Source: Spirochaetota bacterium (lineage in GTDB: Bacteria; Spirochaetota; GWE2-31-10; JAFGQB01). From it: a DNA stretch of 64,000 nt. A program made the translations under genes and the position numbers. Below the pieces are notes generated by a model. It had not been told where the DNA came from. It was given only the letters and a program-made list of their open reading frames with translations, and did not search any database. How positions within the stretch are numbered: position 1 is the stretch's first letter; the number at the start of each line of letters is the position of its first letter. The DNA lies in contig JAFGQB010000009.1 of NCBI GenBank assembly GCA_016935915.1, positions 99 through 64,098 of the forward strand, given 5' to 3'. Below, piece after piece: positions 20,014 through 29,272 of the stretch.

Positions 20014-20622
20014 TTATGTTTTTATATCTACTATTCTCCCGGATACTTTTGCTTCATAAATAAAAATAAAATAATTTAATATCATGTGTCCGAATATCAG
20101 TGTAAAAATAAAAAATATAAGCAATACCGCATAATATCTGTTCTCTGTATTTAAAAACTGAAACTTTATGTTTTTTCTCATAAAGGTCAATATGGGTTGA
20201 AATTTAGTTTTTGCAAAATTAATTAATATGCTGTTAAAAGGGAATACCCTGTTGTTCGAAAGCATAATCAATATAATGAATGTAATTGCAATGAAGTGAA
20301 ATATAATATAAAAAATAAAAATAAAGTATAAACTAAAATAAATTAGATAATTTAAACCTATTGTATATTCATTGCTCATATCTGATAAAAATTTTAATAG
20401 AAAATAAATCAGGATGACTGGCAATATTGATGAAATTTCATAAGGACCGACTTTTAAGGGGAATTTTAATTTAAAATAATTGATTAAAGGATCCGTAATT
20501 TTACATAATAAAATGGTGAAACTGTTCTGTCTGAATTTGAAGATTGAAAGAATTAACCTTGCAATATATGCAAAAAAATAGAAAATCAATATTGTGAATA
20601 ATATCTGAAATAATATCTTCAT
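20014..20622 (-). CDS. YggT family membrane protein
   Basis: KITDPL...PLKVGPYEISSILP repeat-like motif; hydrophobic. Confidence 0.65.
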   Translation of the reverse strand: MKILFQILFTILIFYFFAYIARLILSIFKFRQNSFTILLCKITDPLINYFKLKFPLKVGPYEISSILPVILIYFLLKFLSDMSNEYTIGLNYLIYFSLYFIFIFYIIFHFIAITFIILIMLSNNRVFPFNSILINFAKTKFQPILTFMRKNIKFQFLNTENRYYAVLLIFFIFTLIFGHMILNYFIFIYEAKVSGRIVDIKT

Positions 20623-20710
20623 AATAATCCTTAAAAATTAAGATTCAAAAATTATAACATAATATATAAATGATTTAAATATATAATTTTGTCTATAATT
20701 TATATAAATA

Positions 20711-21379
20711 TTATTTATTTAAATAGTTATTTAAAATATTTTCTGCAATGTTTTTCATATTAGTTTCTATCCGGTTTATTTCCTTTTTTTCAATACCGGC
20801 ACCCAGCAAAACGTTTTCTCTCAAATCAGGTGTAAAATAATCCCCTGGTGCATGACTGTCAGTGTTAATGACCAATTTTGCTCCATGTTTTAAGGCAAGT
20901 TTTGCAACATGTCCGTTTGTTAAAGAGTGTCCTCTTCTTGTGGTTATTTCAAGGCTAATCCCCAGCTCTTCTGCTCTTTTTACATCCTCTTCGAGTATCA
21001 GTCCTGGGTGTGCAATGATGTCAGCTTTTGCTTCAATACCTGCTCTGTTAGTTCCCTTTTCTACAGGTTCAACAATGGTTTCTCCGTGAACAACTATAAG
21101 AGGAATTTTCAACTCTCTTGCTTTGAACACAAGACTTTCTATTTTTTTTACAGGTACATGAGTGATCTCTATTCCCGATATGATTTTAATGTCCCAGCCG
21201 CAATTATGCATGTCTTGAATAAATTTATCAATAGATTCAAAGATGAATTCATAATTGGAAAAGTCGGCATGGTCAGTTATACCGATAATAGTATAGCCGT
21301 TTATTAAAGCGCGCCTTACGTGTTCAGCGGGAGATAACACGCCATCTGAAAAAAAAGTATGCGTATGCAAGTCTATCAT
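20711..21379 (-). CDS. PHP domain phosphoesterase (histidinol-phosphatase-like)
   Basis: DLHTHTFFSDG, ITDH, GIEITHV, HGET, AHPG, NTDSH. Confidence 0.9.
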   Translation of the reverse strand: MIDLHTHTFFSDGVLSPAEHVRRALINGYTIIGITDHADFSNYEFIFESIDKFIQDMHNCGWDIKIISGIEITHVPVKKIESLVFKARELKIPLIVVHGETIVEPVEKGTNRAGIEAKADIIAHPGLILEEDVKRAEELGISLEITTRRGHSLTNGHVAKLALKHGAKLVINTDSHAPGDYFTPDLRENVLLGAGIEKKEINRIETNMKNIAENILNNYLNK

Positions 21380-21539
21380 TTTATGCCTCTTTAATAAAAA
21401 AGAAGATATTTTTATTTATATAATATTATTTTGAAAATTTGAATTATAAATTTCAATATTTTCTGCATTTATAGCTCGTTTGACATGTAAGAGCATAAGA
21501 ATTAATGTTATTTTATAAAGTGATGAAATATTTTAATAT

Positions 21540-23237
21540 TTAAAATAATTCAGCACTGTCAATTGAAGCAAGTCCGTGTTTTGTTGCAATCCAGAATCTG
21601 TTTCTTGCTGCATTTCCATCCCATAAAATGAACCTTACAGGTGATGGTCCATGGTTATAAAAGTCTATAGTATTAAAGTCCGGTCTATAAACTAATTTTC
21701 TGGTAGGTATAAAAGGCAATCCGTCCCATACAGTCAGCTCTCTTTCCCTTCCTGTTACAACATTTTTGAAAAAAACCGATTTTGTAGCTGTAACTGCCAG
21801 TATATTTCCGTCAACTCCCCCTGTTTCAAGAGCTATTATTGGATTGTTCCTAAAGCTTTTCACTCTTTCAATTGTATTGATATCTAAAGTTACAAACGGA
21901 CCATTCCAGAGTTTGCTGCTGAAGCTGACCCATGCTTTTGAGAGTTTATTGATTCTGTACAAGCCGTATCTTGAGCCGAGATAAATATAATTGTCCATTA
22001 CCTTGACGCTTGTTATTACAACGCTTTTTCTGGTGTCATAAGGATCGGGAATCCTAATGAGCCTTTTTAAGCCGTTCATTGCGTCATCGTATCTGTCTTC
22101 GGCAAAAGCGTCCAATGTTTGATAGTTAACGTAAAAAAGTCCGATTTTTGAAGCAAAAAAAGTATCCCTTCCGTCATACTCCGGGTCTCTCTCAATATCA
22201 AGTAAAAAAGGCAGATCCGGATGAATTGACTCAAATTTTCTAAAATCTACATTGGTAACAGATGTCCATGTAGGTGCTGCCAGTCCGGTATCTATACTTC
22301 TTAATGTCAGCATTCCGTATTTGTAAATAAAAAAGTAATAATAAAACTCGGAAGTTGAAACATATTTTATGCTTTCAAGCATATGTACATCCTTTAAAAA
22401 TATCTGACTGCTGTTTTTATAGGGTAAACTTCTGTTGTCAATAAAGTTAATGCTGTCCAATCCGGCTATAACATTAATATTTCCGTAATCATATAAGAAA
22501 TCTGAATTTAATTTATCTATGTACCAGTATGCCTGACCATTATAACCATCGGGATCATCGACCTTAAAAACACTGCCATAAGCTTCACTACCTATAGATG
22601 TGTTGAAAGGATTAAAGGTATTAAAAGTTAATATATTAAAATAACCGTCTGTCAATCTTTTTGCGGTGAATATGGGATCATTTACTGGTGCATGGTTGTA
22701 AATTACGGCTCCTGTTATATCAGCCATACCCGGTGCATTAGGATATGGGACATTAGGGAAATTTCTATAGTAATAATCAACTATAGTGGGTCTGTTAAAA
22801 TCAAGAATGAAATCAATGTAAATTGTCTGATTTGGTATAGCTACAATATTTTTTTTTAAGTCTGTTACAAGGTAGGCATTGATCAATTCGTCATTGGTGC
22901 CGTTTGCAGCAAGAAATATTCCTAAACCAATATCCAGATTTATACCTGCCGGAATCGATATTTCTGCACTGTCATCACTTTTTAATATAACTGAATTTAT
23001 TCTGTTACCATTGTTTTCAACAATCACTTCATATCTTACACTGCCGTTAAGTTTTAATGCTTCTTCTGTTGTCATGCCTGCTATTAATTTATTTAAAGGT
23101 ACTGATTTTGGCGTTATAATAAATGCATTGCCGTATTCTTCTTTTTCATCTTCGGCTATCATGCAATTTATTGATAAAAATATTATTAGTATAAATAAAA
23201 TTGAAATATTTGAAATTTTTTTTATTCTGCCTTTCAT
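21540..23237 (-). CDS. Hypothetical probable lipoprotein, beta-rich C-terminal half
   Basis: Basic N-terminus, hydrophobic stretch and SINC; propeller-like xLYLGSRYGLY and FWIATKHGL blades. Confidence 0.6.
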   Translation of the reverse strand: MKGRIKKISNISILFILIIFLSINCMIAEDEKEEYGNAFIITPKSVPLNKLIAGMTTEEALKLNGSVRYEVIVENNGNRINSVILKSDDSAEISIPAGINLDIGLGIFLAANGTNDELINAYLVTDLKKNIVAIPNQTIYIDFILDFNRPTIVDYYYRNFPNVPYPNAPGMADITGAVIYNHAPVNDPIFTAKRLTDGYFNILTFNTFNPFNTSIGSEAYGSVFKVDDPDGYNGQAYWYIDKLNSDFLYDYGNINVIAGLDSINFIDNRSLPYKNSSQIFLKDVHMLESIKYVSTSEFYYYFFIYKYGMLTLRSIDTGLAAPTWTSVTNVDFRKFESIHPDLPFLLDIERDPEYDGRDTFFASKIGLFYVNYQTLDAFAEDRYDDAMNGLKRLIRIPDPYDTRKSVVITSVKVMDNYIYLGSRYGLYRINKLSKAWVSFSSKLWNGPFVTLDINTIERVKSFRNNPIIALETGGVDGNILAVTATKSVFFKNVVTGRERELTVWDGLPFIPTRKLVYRPDFNTIDFYNHGPSPVRFILWDGNAARNRFWIATKHGLASIDSAELF

Positions 23238-23246
23238 ATTATCCTC

Positions 23247-23918
23247 CTATTTTTTTACGTAGATCCTGATTATTATTTTAGCTTCAGATTTTATCGAGTT
23301 TATACCCAATACATCAGAGAAATCGCCTTCTCCCTGTGATGTTCCCAGAGGGTTTGTATTTACAGCTGCAGAAACTACTTTATTATCTGCAGGTGAAGTA
23401 ATATCACCGAAAGTGCTTATTACTGCAGTTTCATTTTTTTCTACCAGAGCGCTGAAGTTTGAGTCTGATAAAAGATAAACCGTTCCTTCATCAACCAGCA
23501 GCTCTTTATCTCCGAATTCAAAAATTGTACCCCTTACAGACGCTGTTGAGTTTGCGGATCTTACCTTAAAAAGAGTCTGGGTTTGTTTATTTACATTTAC
23601 CTCAGCCCGGACTTTTCCGTATTTCAAATAAATGTCTGTAGAGATTTTATCTTGAGATACCAAAAGTGAAGAAATCGTTATTTGTGACAATGGTTTAACT
23701 TCAATAACCGCATTAGGAGTCTGTATAACTGCGGTACTTTTAAATCCGGTATAGATAATATAGCCGGGCTGAAGCTTATCGCCGACCTTTGGTATTATCC
23801 ATTCAGAATTTATATCCTTTTTAAACTGTACAAAACCTATTATTGATTTTATCGTTATTTGAGCATTTAGTGTGTATGTTATAAATATAATTAATAAAAT
23901 AATGATTATTTTTTTCAT
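23247..23918 (-). CDS. Exported FecR-domain protein
   Basis: Signal peptide; IYTGFKS, LKYGKV, TASVRGTIF, VDEGTV FecR motifs. Confidence 0.8.
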   Translation of the reverse strand: MKKIIIILLIIFITYTLNAQITIKSIIGFVQFKKDINSEWIIPKVGDKLQPGYIIYTGFKSTAVIQTPNAVIEVKPLSQITISSLLVSQDKISTDIYLKYGKVRAEVNVNKQTQTLFKVRSANSTASVRGTIFEFGDKELLVDEGTVYLLSDSNFSALVEKNETAVISTFGDITSPADNKVVSAAVNTNPLGTSQGEGDFSDVLGINSIKSEAKIIIRIYVKK

Positions 23919-23927
23919 AGCTGCCTC

Positions 23928-25604
23928 CTAAAAAGACATACTCATTATCAATCCGATCCGCCAGTAAGGAGTATAATTATCTAAATCAGGGTAGTTGGCA
24001 TCACTGCTGTAGTGGATCTTTCCGTTCGGAATAAATACAGCATTTTTTAACTCAATATTCAGATCGCTGAATACCTGCCATTTTAAAATAATATCAATCT
24101 CTGTACCAAGGTAGGCTTTAATGGGACTGTTTTTTTCTTCACCATCCTTTTGGTATATCGGCTTTTCAGGGAGAAATGAGTCTCCCTTTATAATTGGACG
24201 CATAAATATTAATAGCGCAGTTTCTATTAAAAATCTAGAAAATACTTCATTTTTTACAAATCCGAATGGTTTTACACTATTTGTCAAAATAATTACAGCA
24301 AGATTTGATAATTTCGGTTCTAATGCATATCCAAGTTTCGGTGAAGTAGGAGATCTGAAATTATGATCAAATTTATATTTCGGATTTTTTTGTTCCCAGA
24401 TTACCACTGCATCATCTATAAAATCTACATTTTCATCTCCATGACCGTATGCAAATTCAATATGTATGGAAGGAGTAGTAGCATGGTTGAAAAAATATGA
24501 TAGTTTGGCATTCAATGAAAAGCTCTGGATTATTTTATCATCAACTATCAATTCGCTCCCTGTATTAAAGCATGAAGCATTTGTTCCAGTCTGATAAACC
24601 GCTTCGAAATTATAATAGAAATTCCCTGCTATCCTTCCATTTGCATTAAAGCTTATATAAAATGAATTGTACTTTCCGCCGAATGTAAATGGTACGTTTG
24701 AAATGTGAGAGGGATAAACAAGAACGAATTCGTTGGGTATCAAATCTATATTTGCCAGAAATCCAAGCGAAAAATTCTGGAAATAAAACTGAAATAGATC
24801 AATACTGAAACCTGTAAATATCCTGCCTGCTAAAACTGATGCATATCTTAAATTGTTAAGTCTTTCTTTTTCTTCTATAGAATAATCAGTGTATAATTTA
24901 TTTTTAAAGAAAAAGTTATAATCAGGAGTTTTTATATCGCTTATAAAACCGTCATGGTCATTATCCAAAAGTCTATTGCTTAAAGGCGGATATCTTTTTT
25001 TATCCCATCTGGTAAAAACAGGGACAGAGCTTGGGTCTTCAAAATTAAAAAAAGGCAGGTATTCAAAACTGTTTGTAAATCCGAAGAGCCTTAATTTAAA
25101 GTTCTGTATGGTAAAAAAAGTATCAAGTCCGTCGCCGCGCATTCTTAATAAAAAACCTGATGAATGATTTACATATATCCTTCCGATTTTTAAAAGGAAA
25201 AGATCGTAATTTACGATTTTTTTGATATTATCGTTCTCATCTAAGATCAATGCTCTGTCTATTTTTTTTGATCTGAATTCAAAGAACAAAAGATCTATGC
25301 TTGGTATAAAATAAAAGTTTTCAAGGTCAATGCTGTATGCTTCCATGTCTTCAGTTCTTAATATGTCAGTATAAAATTTAAAGCCTCCGGTAAATCTTGA
25401 ATAAAAGTATACTTTGTCATTTATTTTCTGACTTAAAAAAAAGGATAGTGTATCTACAGTGTTGAACTTGTCATTTTCAAAATAATTATAAGTATAGAAT
25501 ATACCCCCGAGAAAAGGTTGTGAATTTATATTAAAAACCGTAATAAGAATAAAAATTAAAACCAGTATGTAATTATTGAATATTTTTTTTACTTGCATAA
25601 TCAT
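23928..25604 (-). CDS. Putative outer-membrane beta-barrel protein
   Basis: Signal peptide, amphipathic aromatic strands, LGTEID...WQVFSDL, C-terminal IMSMSF. The start may be ATG 25598. Confidence 0.65.
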   Translation of the reverse strand: MIMQVKKIFNNYILVLIFILITVFNINSQPFLGGIFYTYNYFENDKFNTVDTLSFFLSQKINDKVYFYSRFTGGFKFYTDILRTEDMEAYSIDLENFYFIPSIDLLFFEFRSKKIDRALILDENDNIKKIVNYDLFLLKIGRIYVNHSSGFLLRMRGDGLDTFFTIQNFKLRLFGFTNSFEYLPFFNFEDPSSVPVFTRWDKKRYPPLSNRLLDNDHDGFISDIKTPDYNFFFKNKLYTDYSIEEKERLNNLRYASVLAGRIFTGFSIDLFQFYFQNFSLGFLANIDLIPNEFVLVYPSHISNVPFTFGGKYNSFYISFNANGRIAGNFYYNFEAVYQTGTNASCFNTGSELIVDDKIIQSFSLNAKLSYFFNHATTPSIHIEFAYGHGDENVDFIDDAVVIWEQKNPKYKFDHNFRSPTSPKLGYALEPKLSNLAVIILTNSVKPFGFVKNEVFSRFLIETALLIFMRPIIKGDSFLPEKPIYQKDGEEKNSPIKAYLGTEIDIILKWQVFSDLNIELKNAVFIPNGKIHYSSDANYPDLDNYTPYWRIGLIMSMSF

Positions 25605-26028
25605 CCACCTTTTGTAATAATCGTATTAAATTCAGACCTGAAATTTTTTCATGCTCTGAAGTGTATAATGGGATTATTTTTATAATCATTAGCTCTCTTG
25701 AAGCATATCTTCCGTTTTTGCCTGCAAGATAAAACATGCCGCTTTTCAAATCAAGATATTGTGCTGCAAATAAAGAGAAATCGCCGACAGTTAAAAGCTT
25801 TTTACTATTGTATTTTTTTGGGAAATATTTGATTTTTTGTTTTAAAAGTTCTATATTATCTTTATATTCTTTTTTTACTTCCATTTCATATAAATAGCAG
25901 AAGCTGATTATGCAGTCTTCAAATGTAGCATATTTTTTATCACTCAAGCTGTTCAAGAATTCTCCCTGATTGGCAAAGATAATGTCTGTTATAAATATCA
26001 GCAATATTATTAATGTTGTTTTTTTCAT
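25573..26028 (-). CDS. Small exported hypothetical protein (possibly SLH-like helical)
   Basis: Signal peptide; GMFY...RYASRELM...ISG pattern; overlaps the next gene. Confidence 0.65.
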   Translation of the reverse strand: MKKTTLIILLIFITDIIFANQGEFLNSLSDKKYATFEDCIISFCYLYEMEVKKEYKDNIELLKQKIKYFPKKYNSKKLLTVGDFSLFAAQYLDLKSGMFYLAGKNGRYASRELMIIKIIPLYTSEHEKISGLNLIRLLQKVDDYASKKNIQ

Positions 26029-26050
26029 AGGATGCTCCGTTTTTTTAAAT

Positions 26051-27148
26051 TCAAGTTTTCTTTTTCAATTTTGCAAACTGCCAGTCCTCTACCTGGAACC
26101 TCATGCCCAATGTCAACATGCCGGTTTGCGAAGCTGCTGCAAAACTTGCTTCCACACCGAACCTGAAAATTTTTATAATGAATTCAAAGCCTAAAGATAT
26201 GATAAAATCAGTTACCGGTATAGTTCTGCCTATTTCGTTTAAAGATGCATCATATCCGGATTTGTTTGAAATTATGATTTCTTCCTTATAGGTGGTTTTA
26301 GCTTCAGCTGTGGCATCGCTTAGATCCAGATTAACTGTGAATTTAGTAAGATTGTAAGATATGGTTTGTACAAATTTAAAACCTGCAAAGGGCTGAAAAA
26401 ATAAAATTCTTTTACTAATTGCAAAATCAAAGAATATCGAAGTATTGCTGTTTTGAGAATAGAATCCCATTGTCGCAGGTATTGACGGATTAAACTCGTC
26501 AAGATTAACATTTCCAATAGGAATATCTTTAAGATCAAAAAGAGTATAACTAAATTGAGTCCCCATTCCGACAGACATGGCTGGAAAGTATTTATAATCC
26601 CTCATTATCGTATATTTAAAATTTGCACCGATGCTCCAATGAAGAATGTCATTTATATATTGTTCTGCTGATGTTGAAGCTTTCTTGACTACAGAACCTA
26701 ATGGTCCGATGTTAAATCTGCCTCCGATGGTAAAACCTCGGGGAAGCCCGATATCAAAGCTGTAATATGATATTGGAATAGGTAAAAAATTCTGATCAAA
26801 AAAATTTACCCCGTCAAGTAATCCTGCATCTTGAAGCTTGTCTGTAACATCAGCCCATTTTAGACCGAAAAAATCAATCGGCTTAATGAATCTTAATGGA
26901 TTTTTGAAAAACATGACACCTGCTGTGGCGCCTGCCCTGAAAGCTGGAAAATGACCTACTGAGGCAGAACCTGTTATGTCCCCTCCGGCAGTATAAAGTC
27001 CTGCGATTTTAGAATAATCCAGAGCAAGCATATCTACCATGCCATTGAAATTGTAAAATACATTGTTTATAAAGTGATCCTGGGCAGCATTTGAAAAAAT
27101 CAAGGCAGTTAAGAATATTAATAGAAAAGTAAAAAAGAACTTTTTCAT
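26051..27148 (-). CDS. Putative outer-membrane beta-barrel protein
   Basis: Signal peptide; IGLPRGFTIGGR, PAMSVG, ISKRILFFQPFAG, LGMRFQ strands. Confidence 0.6.
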   Translation of the reverse strand: MKKFFFTFLLIFLTALIFSNAAQDHFINNVFYNFNGMVDMLALDYSKIAGLYTAGGDITGSASVGHFPAFRAGATAGVMFFKNPLRFIKPIDFFGLKWADVTDKLQDAGLLDGVNFFDQNFLPIPISYYSFDIGLPRGFTIGGRFNIGPLGSVVKKASTSAEQYINDILHWSIGANFKYTIMRDYKYFPAMSVGMGTQFSYTLFDLKDIPIGNVNLDEFNPSIPATMGFYSQNSNTSIFFDFAISKRILFFQPFAGFKFVQTISYNLTKFTVNLDLSDATAEAKTTYKEEIIISNKSGYDASLNEIGRTIPVTDFIISLGFEFIIKIFRFGVEASFAAASQTGMLTLGMRFQVEDWQFAKLKKKT

Positions 27149-27361
27149 AATTTATCTCTTTTGTTTAAGTGTTTAAAATTATTTTAACAAAAGCATAATG
27201 AAAAAGAAAGTTATTTTTTTTTAGCTATAAAAAAAATTTTTTAATAATTCTTCATTTTTTAAATATTAAAAAAATAGAAATCTATTAAAAATTAGATAAA
27301 AATTTAAAAAATATTAAATTTTCTTTTAAAAATGACAAAAAAGGTTTAAAATTTACTTAGA

Positions 27362-28387
27362 ATGGAAAAATTTTATATATGGCCTGAGAATACAAGGTTT
27401 GATTTGTTTTTTATATTTTTATTCATTTTGTTGGTTCTTTTTTTGATTGCTCAAATTTTCAAAATCATCAGGAACTACAGAAAAAAGGGAACTCTTGATT
27501 TATTGGTTACCTACTGCAAAAGGAATGGACTGAATGACTATGAAACAGTACTTCTTAAGAGGTTATATAAAAGTTATCCTTTTTTAAATGTCAATTCATT
27601 TTTCAATGTTGAAATTTATTTTGATGAATATGTACAGCAGTATTTAAAAAAAACAAGAAATAAATATTATTCAAGAAATACATACAGAAATCTTGAATCA
27701 GATCTTGTAAAGATCAAATCAAAGATCAATTTTGTAAAAAATGTTCCTTATTCATCGATAGATATTCCTCAAAATCAAAATGTGAAACTGAGATTTGAAA
27801 GGATAGGCTTTATTACAGGAACTGTTATAAATAATGATAAAGAAGGTATTTTGATCAGAACCTATTTCAGTAATATTGTGAAGAAAGTGAAATCTCAGGA
27901 TCGAATATCTATTTATTTCTGGGATGATGTCTATCAATATGAAGTGCATTCTAGTGTAAAAAAAATATCATACGTAAATTTCATACAATATATTATGGTT
28001 TATCATCACAGCATGCTTATTAAAAGCAGGAATACTAGAGGGTTTCAGATTGATACCATGATCCCTGTATATTTTTGTCATATTTTTAATTTAAAGGAAA
28101 GCGATCATGACATTAAACTGAATTTTTTCAGAGGTAATATTAATACTTTTTCTATGATAGGTGCAGAGGTTTTTACCAAATTTAAGGTCAGTCCTATCGG
28201 GCTTTTTCTATTTGAATTCCATCCTCTAAATAACGAAGAAAAAATATTGCATTTTACCGGTAAAATAATCGAGCATAAAAAAGTGAAAAGAGGCACAATA
28301 CTCTTTATCAAATATATTGACATGAATGAAGAGTGTAAAAAATATATAAATGACCTGATCTGTGAAAGGCTTAATGAAATAAAATAG
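27362..28387 (+). CDS. Membrane-anchored PilZ-like/flagellar-brake-like protein (degenerate motifs)
   Basis: N-terminal TM, YcgR-N-like middle, C-terminal TFSMIG...GKI...KYIDM PilZ-like fold pattern. Confidence 0.55.
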   Translation: MEKFYIWPENTRFDLFFIFLFILLVLFLIAQIFKIIRNYRKKGTLDLLVTYCKRNGLNDYETVLLKRLYKSYPFLNVNSFFNVEIYFDEYVQQYLKKTRNKYYSRNTYRNLESDLVKIKSKINFVKNVPYSSIDIPQNQNVKLRFERIGFITGTVINNDKEGILIRTYFSNIVKKVKSQDRISIYFWDDVYQYEVHSSVKKISYVNFIQYIMVYHHSMLIKSRNTRGFQIDTMIPVYFCHIFNLKESDHDIKLNFFRGNINTFSMIGAEVFTKFKVSPIGLFLFEFHPLNNEEKILHFTGKIIEHKKVKRGTILFIKYIDMNEECKKYINDLICERLNEIK

Positions 28388-28426
28388 CTTCGCGTTTTTT
28401 TTGCGCAAAAATAATGACCGGAAGCT
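28386..28426. repeat. Dispersed element copy B
   Basis: AGCTTCGCGT8GCGCAAAAATAATGACCGGAAGCT, overlapping the upstream stop codon; shares ATGACCGGAAGCTTA with copy C. Confidence 0.78.
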
Positions 28427-28534
28427 TATGTTTTTCATTTTGATTTTATACCTTATTTTTAAAAAAATAAAAAAAACAATTGAATTATTTGTTAAATATA
28501 GATATTATATTAAAAATAATATTAAGGAATAAAT

Positions 28535-29017
28535 ATGACTTTAATAGCTTATGGTACAAGATACGGTTCAACCGAAGAGTGTTTTGATATAATGATAAAT
28601 GAGCTTAAGGATAAAAATGTAAAGATAATTAATTTAAAAACCGCAAAGGAAAAAGTTAATATCAATGATTATGATAAAATAATCATCGGCGGTCCGATTA
28701 ATGCAGGCAGACTCAATAAATATGTGAGAAAGTTTGTTGAGAAAAATCTGCAGACTTTATTAAATAAGAAAATAGGATTGTTCATAACACATCTGGAACC
28801 TGTAGAATCGGCTTTTAAATATTTTGAAACCAATTATCCATCAAAGCTTTTGGATAAAGCTTTAGTAAAAAGCTGTTTTGGAGGTGCCTTGTATTTTGAA
28901 AGGCTCTCGGTTTTAGAAAGACCTATATTGAAAATGATAACAAAAAGCAGTGCCAATATAAATCAAATCAACAAAGAAAATATAATAAACTTTGCAAAGA
29001 AAATCAATAATGCATAA
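28535..29017 (+). CDS. Flavodoxin-domain protein (HemG-like family)
   Basis: IAYGTRYGSTEE, YDKIIIGGPI, FGG. Confidence 0.85.
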   Translation: MTLIAYGTRYGSTEECFDIMINELKDKNVKIINLKTAKEKVNINDYDKIIIGGPINAGRLNKYVRKFVEKNLQTLLNKKIGLFITHLEPVESAFKYFETNYPSKLLDKALVKSCFGGALYFERLSVLERPILKMITKSSANINQINKENIINFAKKINNA

Positions 29018-29021
29018 AGGG

Positions 29022-29070
29022 ACGAACTGCCTAAATAAGCTTGCTGTGATTTTCTTTTTAGACAGTTCGT
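29022..29070. terminator. 14-bp inverted repeat downstream of the flavodoxin gene
   Basis: ACGAACTGCCTAAA ... TTTAGACAGTTCGT (13/14 complementary). Confidence 0.5.
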
Positions 29071-29272
29071 ATTAAAAGGAGTTGTATGTATTTAACACAT
29101 ATCTCAATTATAATTTTATTCTCTATTCTTTAATTCTGCATAAAATTTACATTTTTATTTACAATAATAAACATATTTAATATTTTTATTTTTAATTGAT
29201 TAAAATTCTTAATTATTATATGATTTTTTATGGATATTTAAGTTTTTAATATTAATTATCAGGGAAAAATGT

